Of a stretch of DNA of 64,000 nt, positions 26,904-40,720 are shown one piece after another (positions within the stretch are counted from its first letter, which is position 1; each line of letters begins with the position of its first letter). Origin of the DNA: Eledone cirrhosa (lineage: Eukaryota); assembly GCA_964016885.1 (NCBI GenBank), contig OZ024748.1:9424001-9488000 (forward strand), in the 5' to 3' direction. Under the pieces are notes generated by a model. That model saw only the letters and a list, made by a program, of their open reading frames with translations, was not told the DNA's origin and ran no database searches. The position numbers and the translations under genes are program-made.

Positions 26904-29900
26904 GTTGTGACCAGTAGATAGTATCAGGTGTTGTGACCAGTAGATAGTATCAGGTGTCGTGACCAGTAGATAGTATCAGGTGTTGTGACCAGTAGATAGT
27001 ATCAGGTGTTGTGACCAGTAGATAGTGTCAGGTGTTGTGACTGGTAGATAGTATCAGGTGTTGTGACCAGTAGATAGTATCAGGTGTTGTGACCAGTAGA
27101 TAGTGTCAGGTGTTGTGACTGGTAGATAGTGTCAGGTGTTGTGACTGGTAGATAGTATCAGGTGTTGTGACCAGTAGATAGTGTCAGGTGTTGTGACCAG
27201 TAGATAGTGTCAGGTGTTGTGACCAGTAGATAGTGTCAGGTGTTGTGACTGGTAGATAGTGTCAGGTGTTGTGACTGGTAGATAGTATCAGGTGTTGTGA
27301 CCAGTAGATAGTATTAGGTGTTGTGACCAGTAGATAGTATCAGGTGTTGTGACCAGTAGATAGTATCAGGTGTTGTGACCGGTAGATAGTATCAAGTGTT
27401 GTGACCAGTAGATAGTGTCAGGTGTTGTGACCAGTAGATAGTGTCAGGTGTTGTGACCAGTAGATAGTATCAAGTGTTGTGACCGGTAGATAGTGTCAGG
27501 TGTTGTGACCAGTAGATAGTATCAGGTGTTGTGACCAGTAGATAGTATCAGGTGTTGTGACCAGTAGATAGTGTCAGGTGTTGTGACCAGTAGATAGTAT
27601 CAGGTGTTGTGACCAGTAGATAGTATCAGGTGTTGTGACTGGTAGATAGTATCAGGTGTTGTGACTGGTAGATAGTATCAGGTGTTGTGACCTGTAGATA
27701 GTATCAGGTGTTGTGACCAGTAGATAGTGTCAGGTGTTGTGACCAGTAGATAGTATCAGGTGTTGTGACTGGTAGATAGTATCAGGTGTTGTGACTGGTA
27801 GATAGTATCAGGTGTTGTGACCTGTAGATAGTATCAGGTGTTGTGACCAGTAGATAGTATCAGGTGTTGTGACCAGTAGATAGTGTCAGGTGTTGTGACC
27901 AGTAGATAGTATCAGGTGTTGTGACCAGTAGATAGTATCAGGTGTTGTGACTGGTAGATAGTATCAGGTGTTGTGACTGGTAGATAGTGTCAGGTGTTGT
28001 GACCGGTAGATAGTATCAGGTGTTGTGACCAGTAGATAGTATCAGGTGTTGTGACTGGTAGATAGTATCAGGTGTTGTGACTGGTAGATAGTATCAGGTG
28101 TTGTGACCGGTAGATAGTGTCAGGTGTTGTGACCAGTAGATAGTGTCAGGTGTTGTGACCGGTAGATAGTGTCAGGTGTTGTGACCAGTAGATAGTGTCA
28201 GGTGTTGTGACCAGTAGATAGTATCAGGTGTTGTGACTGGTAGATAGTATCAAGTGTTGTGACCAGTAGATAGTATCAAGTGTTGTGACCAGTAAATAGT
28301 ATCAGGTGTTGTGACCAGTAGATAGTGTCAGGTGTTGTGACCAGTAGATAGTGTCAGGTGTTGTGACCGGTAGATAGTATCAGGTGTTGTGACCTGTAGA
28401 TAGTATCAGGTGTTGTGACCGGTAGATAGTGTCAGGTGTTGTGACCGGTAGATAGTGTCAGGTGTTGTGACCAGTAGATAGTGTCAGGTGTTGTGACCAG
28501 TAGATAGTATCAGGTGTTGTGACCTGTAGATAGTGTCAGGTGTTGTGACCAGTAGATAGTATCAGGTGTTGTGACCTGTAGATAGTGTCAGGTGTTGTGA
28601 CCGGTAGATAGTGTCAGGTGTTGTGACCGGTAGATAGTATCAGGTGTTGTGACCTGTAGATAGTGTCAGGTGTTGTCACCGGTAGATAGTGTCAGGTGTT
28701 GTGACCGGTAGATAGTGTCAGGTGTTGTGACCAGTAGATAGTATCAGGTGTTGTGACCAGTAGATAGTATCAGGTGTTGTGACCAGTAGATAGTATCAGG
28801 TGTTGTGACCAGTAGATAGTGTCAGGTGTTGTGACCAGTAGATAGTGTCAGGTGTTGTGACTGGTAGATAGTGTCAGGTGTTGTGACCAGTAGATAGTAT
28901 CAGGTGTTGTGACCAGTAGATAGTATCAGGTGTTGTGACTGGTAGATAGTATCAGGTGTTGTGACCAGTAGATAGTATCAGGTGTTGTGACCAGTAGATA
29001 GTATCAGGTGTTGTGACCAGTAGATAGTGTCAGGTGTTGTGACCTGTAGATAGTATCAGGTGTTGTGACCGGTAGATAGTATCAGGTGTTGTGACCTGTA
29101 GATAGTATCAGGTGTTGTGACCAGTAGATAGTATCAGGTGTTGTGACCTGTAGATAGTATCAGGTGTTGTGACCTGTAGATAGTGTCAGGTGTTGTGACC
29201 GGTAGATAGTGTCAACTGTTGTGACCAGTAGATAGTATCAGGTGTTGTGACCAGTAGATAGTATCAGGTGTTGTGACCGGTAGATAGTGTCAGGTGTTGA
29301 GACCAGTAGATAGTGTCAAGTGTTGTGACCAGTAGATAGTATCAGGTGTTGTGACCAGTAGATAGTGTCAGGTGTTGTGACCGGTAGATAGTATCAGGTG
29401 TTGTGACCAGTAGATAGTATCAGGTGTTGTGACCTGTAGATAGTGTCAGGTGTTGTGACCGGTAGATAGTATCAGGTGTTGTGACCAGTAGATAGTATCA
29501 GGTGTTGTGACCAGTAGATAGTATCAGGTGTTGTGACCTGTAGATAGTGTCAGGTGTTGTGACCGGTAGATAGTGTCAAGTGTTGTGACCAGTAGATAGT
29601 ATCAGGTGTTGTGACTGGTAGATAGTATCAGGTGTTGTGACCAGTAGATAGTGTCAGGTGTTGTGACCAGTAGATAGTGTCAGGTGTTGTGACTGGTAGA
29701 TAGTGTCAGGTGTTGTGACCTGTAGATAGTATCAGGTGTTGTGACCAGTAGATAGTATCAGGTGTTGTGACCGGTAGATAGTATCAGGTGTTGTGACCTG
29801 TAGATAGTGTCAGGTGTTGTGACTGGTAGATAGTATCAGGTGTTGTGACCAGTAGATAGTATCAGGTGTTGTGACCGGTAGATAGTGTCAGGTGTTGTGA

Positions 29901-32900
29901 CCAGTAGATAGTGTCAGGTGTTGTGACCAGTAGATAGTGTCAGGTGTTGTGACCAGTAGATAGTGTCAGGTGTTGTGACCGGTAGATAGTATCAGGTGTT
30001 GTGGCCGGTAGATAGTATCAGGTGTTGTGACCAGTAGATAGTATCAGGTGTTGTGACCGGTAGATAGTATCAGGTGTTGTGACCAGTAGATAGTGTCAGG
30101 TGTTGTGACCAGTAGATAGTGTCAGGTGTTGTGACCGGTAGATAGTATCAGGTGTTGTGACCGGTAGATAGTATCAGGTGTTGTGACCAGTAGATAGTGT
30201 CAGGTGTTGTGACCGGTAGATAGTATCAGGTGTTGTGACCAGTAGATAGTATCAGGTGTTGTGACCGGTAGATAGTGTCAGGTGTTGTGACCAGTAGATA
30301 GTATCAGGTGTTGTGACCAGTAGATAGTGTCAGGTGTTGTGACCTGTAGATAGTGTCAGGTGTTGTGACCAGTAGATAGTGTCAGGTGTTGTGACCAGTA
30401 GATAGTGTCAGGTGTTGTGACCTGTAGATAGTATCAGGTGTTGTGACCGGTAGATAGTGTCAGGTGTTGTGACCAGTAGATAGTGTCAGGTGTTGTGACC
30501 GGTAGACAGTGTCAGGTGTTGTGACCTGTAGATAGTATCAGGTGTTGTGACCAGTAGATAGTATCAGGTGTTGTGACCGGTAGATAGTATCAGGTGTTGT
30601 GACCTGTAGATAGTGTCAGGTGTTGTGACTGGTAGATAGTATCAGGTGTTGTGACCAGTAGATAGTATCAGGTGTTGTGACCGGTAGATAGTGTCAGGTG
30701 TTGTGACCAGTAGATAGTGTCAGGTGTTGTGACCAGTAGATAGTGTCAGGTGTTGTGACTGGTAGATAGTATCAGGTGTTGTGACCAGTAGATAGTATCA
30801 GGTGTTGTCACCGGTAGATAGTATCAGGTGTTGTGACCAGTAGATAGTATCAGGTGTTGTGACCTGTAGATAGTGTCAGGTGTTGTGACCATTAGATAGT
30901 GTCAGGTGTTGTGACCAGTAGATAGTGTCAGGTGTTGTGACCTGTAGATAGTATCAGGTGTTGTGACCTGTAGATAGTATCAGGTGTTGTGACCAGTAGA
31001 TAGTATCAGGTGTTGTGACCGGTAGATAGTATCAGGTGTTGTGACCAGTAGATAGTGTCAAGTGTTGTGACCAGTAGATAGTATCAGGTGTTGTGACCAG
31101 TAGATAGTGTCAGGTGTTGTGACCTGTAGATAGTGTCAGGTGTTGTGACCAGTAGATAGTATCAGGTGTTGTGACCGGTAGATAGTATCAGGTGTTGTGA
31201 CCGGTAGATAGTGTCAGGTGTTGTGACTGGTAGATAGTATCAGGTGTTGTGACTGGTAGATAGTATCAAGTGTTGTGACCAGTAGATAGTGTCAGGTGTT
31301 GTGACTGGTAGATAGTATCAGGTGTTGTGACCAGTAGATAGTGTCAGGTGTTGTGACTGGTAGATAGTATCAGGTGTTGTGACTGGTAGATAGTATCAGG
31401 TGTTGTGACCAGTAGATAGTATCAGGTGTTGTGACCAGTAGATAGTATCAGGTGTTGTGACCAGTAGATAGTATCAGGTGTTGTGACCAGTAGATAGTAT
31501 CAGGTGTTGTGACCAGTAGATAGTATCAGGTGTTGTGACTGGTAGATAGTATCAGGTGTTGTGACCAGTAGATAGTGTCAGGTGTTGTGACCAGTAGATA
31601 GTGTCAGGTGTTGTGACCTGTAGATAGTGTCAGGTGTTGTGACCGGTAGATAGTATCAGGTGTTGTGACCAGTAGATAGTATCATGTGTTGTGACCAGTA
31701 GATAGTGTCAGGTGTTGTGACCAGTAGATAGTATCAGGTGTTGTGACCAGTAGATAGTGTCAGGTGTTGTGACCAGTAGATAGTATCAGGTGTTGTGACC
31801 AGTAGATAGTGTCAAGTGTTGTGACCAGTAGATAGTATCAGGTGTTGTGACCAGTAGATAGTGTCAGGTGTTGTGACCGGTAGATAGTATCAGGTGTTGT
31901 GACCGGTAGATAGTGTCAGGTGTTGTGACCAGTAGATAGTATCAGGTGTTGTGCCTGGTAGATAGTGTCAGGTGTTGTGACCAGTAGATAGTATCAGGTG
32001 TTGTGACCAGTAGATAGTATCAGGTGTTGTGACCAGTAGATAGTGTCAGGTGTTGTGACCGGTAGATAGTATCAGGTGTTGTGACCAGTAGATAGTGTCA
32101 GGTGTTGTGACCAGTAGATAGTATCAGGTGTTGTGCCTGGTAGATAGTGTCAGGTGTTGTGACCAGTAGATAGTATCAGGTGTTGTGACCAGTAGATAGT
32201 ATCAGGTGTTGTGACCAGTAGATAGTATCAGGTGTTGTGACTGGTAGATAGTGTCAGGTGTTGTGACCAGTAGATAGTGTCAGGTGTTGTGACCGGTAGA
32301 TAGTATCAGGTGTTGTGACCAGTAGATAGTGTCAGGTGTTGTGACCAGTAGATAGTATCAGGTGTTGTGCCTGGTAGATAGTGTCAGGTGTTGTGACCAG
32401 TAGATAGTATCAGGTGTTGTGACCAGTAGATAGTATCAGGTGTTGTGACCAGTAGATAGTATCAGGTGTTGTGACTGGTAGATAGTGTCAGGTGTTGTGA
32501 CCAGTAGATAGTGTCAGGTGTTGTGACTGGTAGATAGTGTCAGGTGTTGTGACCGGTAGATAGTGTCAGGTGTTGTGACCAGTAGATAGTATCAGGTGTT
32601 GTGACTGGTAGATAGTGTCAGGTGTTGTGACTGGTAGATAGTGTCAGGTGTTGTGACCGGTAGATAGTATCATGTGTTGTGACCAGTAGATAGTATCAGG
32701 TGTTGTGACCAGTAGATAGTATCAGGTGTTGTGACCAGTAGATAGTATCAGGTGTTGTGACCAGTAGATAGTATCAGGTGTTGTGACCAGTAGATAGTGT
32801 CAGGTGTTGTGACCAGTAGATAGTATCAGGTGTTGTGACCAGTAGATAGTATCATGTGTTGTGACCAGTAGATAGTATCATGTGTTGTGACCAGTAGATA

Positions 32901-33556
32901 GTATCAGGTGTTGTGACCAGTAGATAGTATCAGGTGTTGTGACTGGTAGATAGTATCAGGTGTTGTGACCAGTAGATAGTATCAGGTGTTGTGACCAGTA
33001 GATAGTATCAGGTGTTGTGACTGGTAGATAGTGTCAGGTGTTGTGACCGGTAGATAGTATCAGGTGTTGTGACCAGTAGATAGTGTCAGGTGTTGTGACC
33101 AGTAGATAGTGTCAGGTGTTGTGACCAGTAGATAGTGTCAGGTGTTGTGACCGGTAGATAGTGTCAGGTGTTGTGACCAGTAGATAGTGTCAGGTGTTGT
33201 GACCAGTAGATAGTGTCAGGTGTTGTGACCGGTAGATAGTGTCAGGTGTTGTGACCAGTAGATAGTATCAGGTGTTGTGACCAGTAGATAGTATCATGTG
33301 TTGTGACCAGTAGATAGTATCAGGTGTTGTGACCAGTAGATAGTATTATGTGTTGTGACCAGTAGATAGTATCAGGTGTTGTGACTGGTAGATAGTATCA
33401 GGTGTTGTGACCAGTAGATAGTGTCAGGTGTTGTGACCAGTAGATAGTGTCAAGTGTTGTGACCAGTAGATAGTATCAGGTGTTGTGACCAGTAGATAGT
33501 GTCAGGTGTTGTGACCGGTAGATAGTGTCAGGTGTTGTGACCGGTAGGTAGTATCA
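26904..33556. repeat. 26-bp minisatellite (GTTGTGAC[CA/CG/CT/TG]GTAGATAGT[A/G]TCAGGT), about 256 copies
   Basis: Exact 26-bp periodicity over 6.65 kb in NAB intron C-D; no unique spacers. Confidence 0.98.
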
Positions 33557-34409
33557 TTGAAGGAAACAACACAGTACAATGAAGAAATAACTTATTTTAA
33601 TGCTTGATAGAGTAGGAAAAGACTCTAAGTTTCGGACATCAGTCCTTCATCAGTAGATGGAATGTGAAATAAAAAGATGAAATAAAAATAGTAGAGAGCG
33701 AGAACAGGGGTAAGGGCAGAAAACAGTTTTAAAGAAAAAGTATGTCAGCCTTTTTGGAGGAATATATATACATATATATATTATTAAAAGTTATCTTCTA
33801 AATTTGTATATCACAACCATTGTTTAGATATCACATAATTTCTTCTCACCATCATCATCATCACCACCAATAATACTACCACAACCACCACCACCAAGAC
33901 CAATAAGACCATCATCATCACTACCAACAATTGTATGCTAAAACAGTGTCAAATGTCAGAGAGAGAGAGTTCAAACAGTTTACTATTCACCTGTGACAGG
34001 TGACAGGCACTGTTTTACACCTGTTAATTGAGTTTGTATTAATTACTTTATAGTTAACTGTATCTATATGTAATGTCTATTTAAATAAAGGAATGAAATA
34101 GATTCTCTCATTTCTCATTTTCTTTCCCCTCTATCACTCATTCTTACTTCTCTCTTCCTTCCTTATTCAACCTCATCAGCTTATTATTTACCACCCTATT
34201 TGCACTGTAACAACTTTAGATTACACATCTATCAACTTTAGTATACATGTTTACTGAATGGGCTTTTGCACAGTTTCTGTCTACCAAATTCCACTGACAA
34301 ATGTTGGTCGACCTGATTCTGTGATAGAATACACTTGTCTCAAGTATCAGAAGAATAAAAGCTAAAACCAAGTTCTTAGCTGCACACTTATGTTTGCACC
34401 TATATGAAT

Positions 34410-34467
34410 ATATGTGTGTGTGTATATATATATATTATGTGTGTGTGTGTGTGTGTGTGTGAGTCTG

Positions 34468-34539
<72 letters not shown>

Positions 34540-34625
34540 CATACCTGAGTGTATGTGTATGTATGCATGTATATATATATATGTGTGTATGAGCGCATAC
34601 CTGAGTGTATTTGTATGTATGCATG

Positions 34626-34656
<31 letters not shown>

Positions 34657-34695
34657 ATGTATGCATGTATATATATATATATGTGTGTGTATACA
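34410..34695. repeat. (TA)/(TG) compound microsatellite with duplicated gcatacctgagtgtat unit
   Basis: Direct reading. Confidence 0.8.
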
Positions 34696-37576
34696 CTCCA
34701 GAATGTTAAAAATGTTAAGTTGATCATATCTCCCTACTAGACATGTAATGAGTTCAGTTGTGTTATATACAGTACGAAGGAAAACAATCGGGTTAAACAC
34801 ACTTTCTTCTACTTTCTACATAGGGAACATTCTCAACAACAATTACTCCATCATTTCTATTTCTCTTAATATTTATGTATTATATTCTCTATAATTTGTT
34901 GTTGAGATGTTGCTATTAAAGCAATTTATTTTCAAATATTTGTAAAGCTTATTATATATTTACTAAAGAAATATGAAATGGGCTTTATCCTACAATATGT
35001 ATTTATTTCAGTCAGCAGTGTATTTATTTATTTGGCATTTAACATTTCATTTAGATTACTTTAATATATTTAAGAAATTGTTCTCAATATATAGAATTTT
35101 AAAAATCATGAAACAATTTGCCTTATTTGTTGAAAAAGAATTTGCTTTTGATTCAAAGCTAACACTTTAGGCAAAACTAGAGTTGAAAATATTGAAGAGA
35201 AATTGTCAATAGAATTGTAGTTTTTCCAAAATTTCTTCTCCTCATGGTATACAACTTAGAATCTCATAATATTAAATTTAAATAAAAGAGGAAAAAAAAA
35301 CATGAATTGAAATATATGTTGTAGAATTGGTTACAGCAGAGTTTCTATTGCCAATGTATCATAATTCCATCTTGTAAAGGCTATTATATTTTTTATTAGT
35401 TCATCAGGTATGATTATTTAGAAATCCAACAATAGGTGTTGAGGGTAAAAGAGAAAGAATTGTAGAAAGGTCTAAGAGAATATATGTTCTTCATTGTTAG
35501 CTTAAACAACTCTTTATAGTTTTCATTGACAGGATATAGTGAAAGGCAGTTTCAAAATGATTAATAGCAATTCTTAAAAACCTTTAAAAGAACAAATCTG
35601 TTTATTACCTACTTAACTTGTCTGTACACTTTAAGACTAGAGTGAAAAGATAAACAATGTAAGGCAGCTACTGAAACTTAATTCTGTCAGAAATGGAGTT
35701 TCAATGGTATTTTGGTTAATAGTGGCGTTGTTTGAAAATAAATTAAGAATAAGAAGACAAGTGCTATACTGAACATTTTAGCGAAACAAATTTTTGGTGA
35801 ACAAAGAAAAGTTCTTTACATACACAGAACTTTTTGAAAGCTAATTTCCTTTGAACATAAATTCCTCCTTTAAAAATGAAATATATGAAAGTAATGCACC
35901 TTTTAGTATATTGTTATGAATGAATAACTAAAGTATTCACAACTAAATGAATTTTCTTGTTTTATATATTATTTCTATTCTAATTAGATTCCAGTGTCCA
36001 AATTACTTGGTGCAGGAATCTTTGACACTTTAGAATCAATATAAAAAATCTATGAAGCTAAATTATTTCTATATGAAAATAATAGTTTCTTTGTCTAAGT
36101 ACATGACGTTTTTGTTTAACTTTGAGATTTAATGAATGGAAGCAAGCAAAGTATATAATAAGCATGTCTTTTATTTTATTGTACTCTGGGGAAGCTGGTA
36201 TATTAATTCTGGTGTGGTTTTAACTGAATGTCTTAACTAGTTATCATAACAAATTTATTACCGTCTTATAAATGAAGATAATAATATTTCATGTTAGTGT
36301 GCATGTTTTTTGTGAGCTCTTGTAACTCATTGATTCTCAGGTGCAATGTATGTAGAGTAAGTCACTTCATAACTCCTCCCAGAAGAGAAATTAAAATAAA
36401 CATCACAAGCTAATGAAACATCTGTTAAACTCACAATGTTACTACAGCTTTCAGTTAAGGTGTGAACACCATACATTGTTTTAGTACAAGATACAAACAC
36501 AATGTTTTACAGTGGTTATCAGTTAGTTATTTTATCAACTCCACCATTCACATACTCCAGGTAGTAAGTTATTGCCAGATTAACTTATAAAGAAATGCCT
36601 GCCATAGTAATTTTACTAACAGAAGACTTTTGAATTGTCTGAGAGTCCACCCCACTGTTTGTGATGGAAGATCATTTTTTGGTCATTTTTAATTGTTTGT
36701 ATATTTTTGTTAAGTGGCCATTTGCAATATTTATACATGTTGCAAGATGGCTAACTCTGAAGTAGTAGGAAGAGGTACTCAATACAATGGTGGTAGCAGT
36801 AACCTTCAGTGTAACTGTTACAGTTTCTTAATTAAAGACAGAAAAGAAAAGATTTAAATGAAAGAAAAGGCCCTCATAAACACTAACAACCTTCCATCTT
36901 TTACAAAAGAAGTGACTCAACTTCCAACAGTTTATGGGCCAAGAATCTTAACTATTAGTCTTTCATCACTTAATTTTGAGTTTAAATCCCACTGAGGTCG
37001 ATAAATAAAGTAACCACAGGTATTAGTGTGAAGAAATCATTAGAGCATCAGGTAGGATGCCTTGCAGTCTTTCTTTCAGCTCTTTACATTCTCTGTTGAA
37101 ATCAGTTGTAGATTTAATCCCTAGACTGGATTACCACCACCACCTAGCATTTGGGGGTCTTTGGCAGAATCTTTTCTGTTGTAAACATTTATGCCAGGTC
37201 CCTGATTTAAAGATAATAACCTCCTTCTTTCCCATTACAGAAACCCTGAAAACAGTTATATCTGCTGCCCTTCCTCCTGACTTAACAATTAACAACAAAA
37301 ATCATTAGTATGCAAGGTGTGTATGTGTGTATGTCACAATATGGCTGGTTCATTAACACTACCATACTGATTACTCATTAGTAGACTGGTACAATGGTAA
37401 TGTTGAGTATTATTCACAGAATTAATATCATGAATGTTCTCTAGTTGTCTGTTTTAGTCTTAATCCCATCTGCATGAGATGTGTGAGAGAGAGTTTCTCC
37501 CTAGCACATTCAATCTTTTAATTTAACCTTTGAAATTGTTTACCGCATGTTCAAAAATGCTTCTCTTCATTTTCAG

Positions 37577-37691
37577 AGCTTCATCTGATGGTTTATCTAT
37601 AAAACGATCTAAGTTTGATCCAGCTTTGGCTCGTCAGTTTGAAACAAATTCAAAATTTGTCAATGCTGAACTGGAAAAACTTCAGCGAGAG
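37577..37691 (+). CDS. NAB: NAB exon D (R-ASSDGLSIKRSKFDPALARQFETNSKFVNAELEKLQRE)
   Basis: Acceptor ttctcttcattttcag; phase-2 entry matches exon C; donor GAG|gtttgt; basic KRSK motif may be an NLS. Confidence 0.85.
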
Positions 37692-38770
37692 GTTTGTGAA
37701 AAAAACATTTTTTTTTAATGCTTTTCTTTTAATATTCAATTACAATTTCAGGTTGTAAAGGTCTAAGTTTAAAAGGAAAGATTTACCTGAGCAGGAAAAC
37801 AAGAGAGAGACTGATATTATAATTGTGTTACAAGTAACCAAATAAAAAAAATCTTCATTTTGTTTTAAACTTAAATTTCATGTAAAGTTTTGTAAATGAA
37901 GATTTCTTCAAGTCCAAGTCGTCTCTCCTGATAGAATTGAAAGTAGAGCTGAATTGGTAAATGTTTCTATAATAGTCCAAGAGACAGATACACCTGAGAT
38001 CTATATCATGAGCCAACTCCTGTCAATGTCAAAATATTGCCGCTGTTTATTAAACAATTGTTACATAGCTTGGCCAAATAATGTAAAGTTAGTTTCACAA
38101 TGACACAGTTTGGGGAGCCCCACAATGTGGCACAGCTGGGGGGAGGGTCTCCCACAATGTGTGATCTAGGGGTAAATGGCTTTTACCATTTCATTGGCTT
38201 GACCCAAACCTTGTGAGTGAAATTGGGTAAATTAAAACTGCACAGAATACTGTTGTAACTGTCACAGTCATACTGATTAGGGTTATATTAAGGGTGCATA
38301 TGTCTGTGGAATACTCAGCCCCCACAACCCCCCCAGGAATAAGTAGGTGAAGAAGAAAGAGAAGCAGAGTCTTATTAGTTAAGATATTGTTTAGAATAAT
38401 GTTATCACCAATGATAGATAAAGACCCAGAAATATCTACCTAGTATTGTCACTGCTACTGAGATAACTGTGACAGGATCACAGCTTTAAAACAATTCCTA
38501 ACAACACTCACATATGTTTATTATACATAAATATATTGTATATACTTTCATATATACCCCTATGGTTGTTTAGTCTTCAATACTTCATGTGATAAGTCCA
38601 TCAGAAAAGTTTGTCCTTCTTCTAACTAAACCCAATCTTAAAGAATCTTTACTTTTCCCCGACTACCTCAACATTAAATCACCTAAAATTATTCTTCCAT
38701 TAAGTTTATCTACAAAAAATAATTTTTTCTCTGTTTTGTGGGTTAAATAAATAAAATAGTAATAATTTGA

Positions 38771-38860
38771 TTTTATTGATTAGATCAAACTATTTTATTG
38801 ATCAGATCAAACTATTTTATTGATCAGATCAAACTATTTTATTGATCAAATCAAACTGTT
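38771..38860. repeat. 23-bp tandem repeat (ttttattgatcagatcaaactat), about 4 copies
   Basis: Direct reading. Confidence 0.85.
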
Positions 38861-39224
38861 TTTCTCTTTTGTTTTTGTAGAAATGTGATTTCTTCATTTA
38901 AAAACCCTGATGTTTAATAAAAGGGATGAGATTCTTTAAGATAAAATCTACCAAGTTTTTAGTTGTTATTCAGCTAACATTTCGGTATTTGCTAAACTAG
39001 TTTTACTTAAAACATCCTGAGAATCTTTCCCATTGTAGTAAAGAATTATTTTCATGGAAAGAGAGGTTGCTTCTTCATAATTAATCAATAATATATATTT
39101 TTGCTTTAAATACCAAATATTTCTTTAATTATAAAAACTAGAAGAACAATATTTAACTAATGTTTTACATTCCTCTTCTCACATCACTTCTTATATCGAG
39201 TGTATAATAGCTACATAGGTAGAT

Positions 39225-39483
39225 ATCATCATCACTGTTTTACGTCCGTTCTTCCACACTAGCATGGGTTGGACGGGTTGTCCTGTTGTGGGCAGTGTCC
39301 GGTCGGCTAACCTTGTCTTGCTCATAGGGGAACTGATTCTGGCTTGATTTCTACAGCTGGCTGCCCTTCCTAACACCTACCTCATTTACAGTGAGTGCTG
39401 GGTGCTTTGTTTTCCGTGGCACCTACATGTCCACTTTACAGTGTGGACTGGGTGCTTTTTTGCCGTGGCACCTCCACGACCAC
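39225..39483 (-). mobile_element. SINE with RTE-like 3' tail and (GAT)n end
   Basis: Reverse complement contains gttaggaagggcagccagctgtagaaa...ccgtccaacccatgctagtgtggaagaacggacgtaaaacagtgatgatgat. Confidence 0.75.
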
Positions 39484-39654
39484 TGTGTATACACACACAC
39501 TTGCACACATATACACATACATATTGTGTATGTTCATCATTGTTTAACATCTATTTTCCCTGCTATCAGAGTTGGACAGGTCTACATAGACCCAGCCAGT
39601 ACTGAAGTAGAGCTACAGACCTCCCAGACAGGGCAAAGGGTCTCTATTCCACTT

Positions 39655-39750
39655 TAAATAAAGCACCAGTAATGTACTGGAGTCGATTTAATCGACTTTC
39701 CCCTCTACCCAAAATTTCTGGCCTTGTGCCTAAAGTAGAAACAGTTATTT
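39655..39750 (+). mobile_element. 3' half of the SINE family seen at 3792-4015
   Basis: aaataaagcaccagtaatgtactggagtcgatttaatcgac...ggccttgtgcctaaagtagaaac. Confidence 0.65.
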
Positions 39751-39853
39751 CATGTGTTTCTATCTCAAATTTGATCTCTTCCAGTGTAAAACTAGCAACT
39801 AATTATATATTATTGCTATTGTATTAAACATACACATCTCACTTGGATGTTTG

Positions 39854-39887
<34 letters not shown>

Positions 39888-40458
39888 ATTTCATTCTCTC
39901 TCTCTCTCTCTCTATGTATCTATCTTTCTATCTGAACCTTATTTACAATAACCTGTACCATAACATCTTACATATTCTTATGTTCCTTTATAACTTCATC
40001 TGATGAATGTTTCTAATTGATGTATCCATCATCATCATCATCCTGTCTGTTCTACCTCCTTTAAACTTTCACCTCAATACCAGTAATATACCACATGGTC
40101 CAGGTAGACCACCAGTGGTCTCTACCAAAGCCTGGTTGATCCAGTCATACATTAAACTATTCTCATTATGTTCACTATCTTCTGAAAAAAGTGCTACACA
40201 CCACAGTGCCATACCAAAGTTAGTTTCCACGGTTATATATAAATATAAGCTGTAGTCACAAAATATTTCCAGGTCTTATTTAGTGCTGAGACAAACTCAT
40301 AGAAAGACCCTAAACATCCAACATTTATTTGTATAATTTCATTGGTATAGAAGAATGACACAGTTTTTAGTCCATTCAGCAACTTTTGTATCATCTTCCC
40401 GAGGTACGCCAAAACTACACCTGATGTACCCCTTCCATACACATGCACACATGTGTGT

Positions 40459-40720
40459 ATCATGACTCGTGCACTGTTCATTTTCCTGATGTTTGTGCAT
40501 TGCCCTATGTACCGTACATGCACTTTTTGATGAGTTGTGGTGCACCTGTTCACTGTACACAATATTTCATTGTTATTATTGTTATTATTATTATATCATG
40601 ACTCATACACTGTTCATTTTCCTGACATTTGTACATTATTCTATGTACTATACATGCACCTTTGATGAGTTGTAGTGCACCTGAGCACTGTACACAATAA
40701 TTTCATTATTATTATTATTA
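40459..40720 (+). mobile_element. Tandemly duplicated ~130-bp retroelement-like 3' end with (TTA)n tails
   Basis: Two diverged copies of catgactc..cactgttcattttcctga...gatgagttgt.gtgcacctg..cactgtacacaat-(tta)n; the same end occurs inverted at ~10116-10172. Confidence 0.6.

Noticed and set aside
26904-33556. CRISPR-like array
   Set aside because: Head-to-tail units with no unique spacers, no cas genes, eukaryotic intron.
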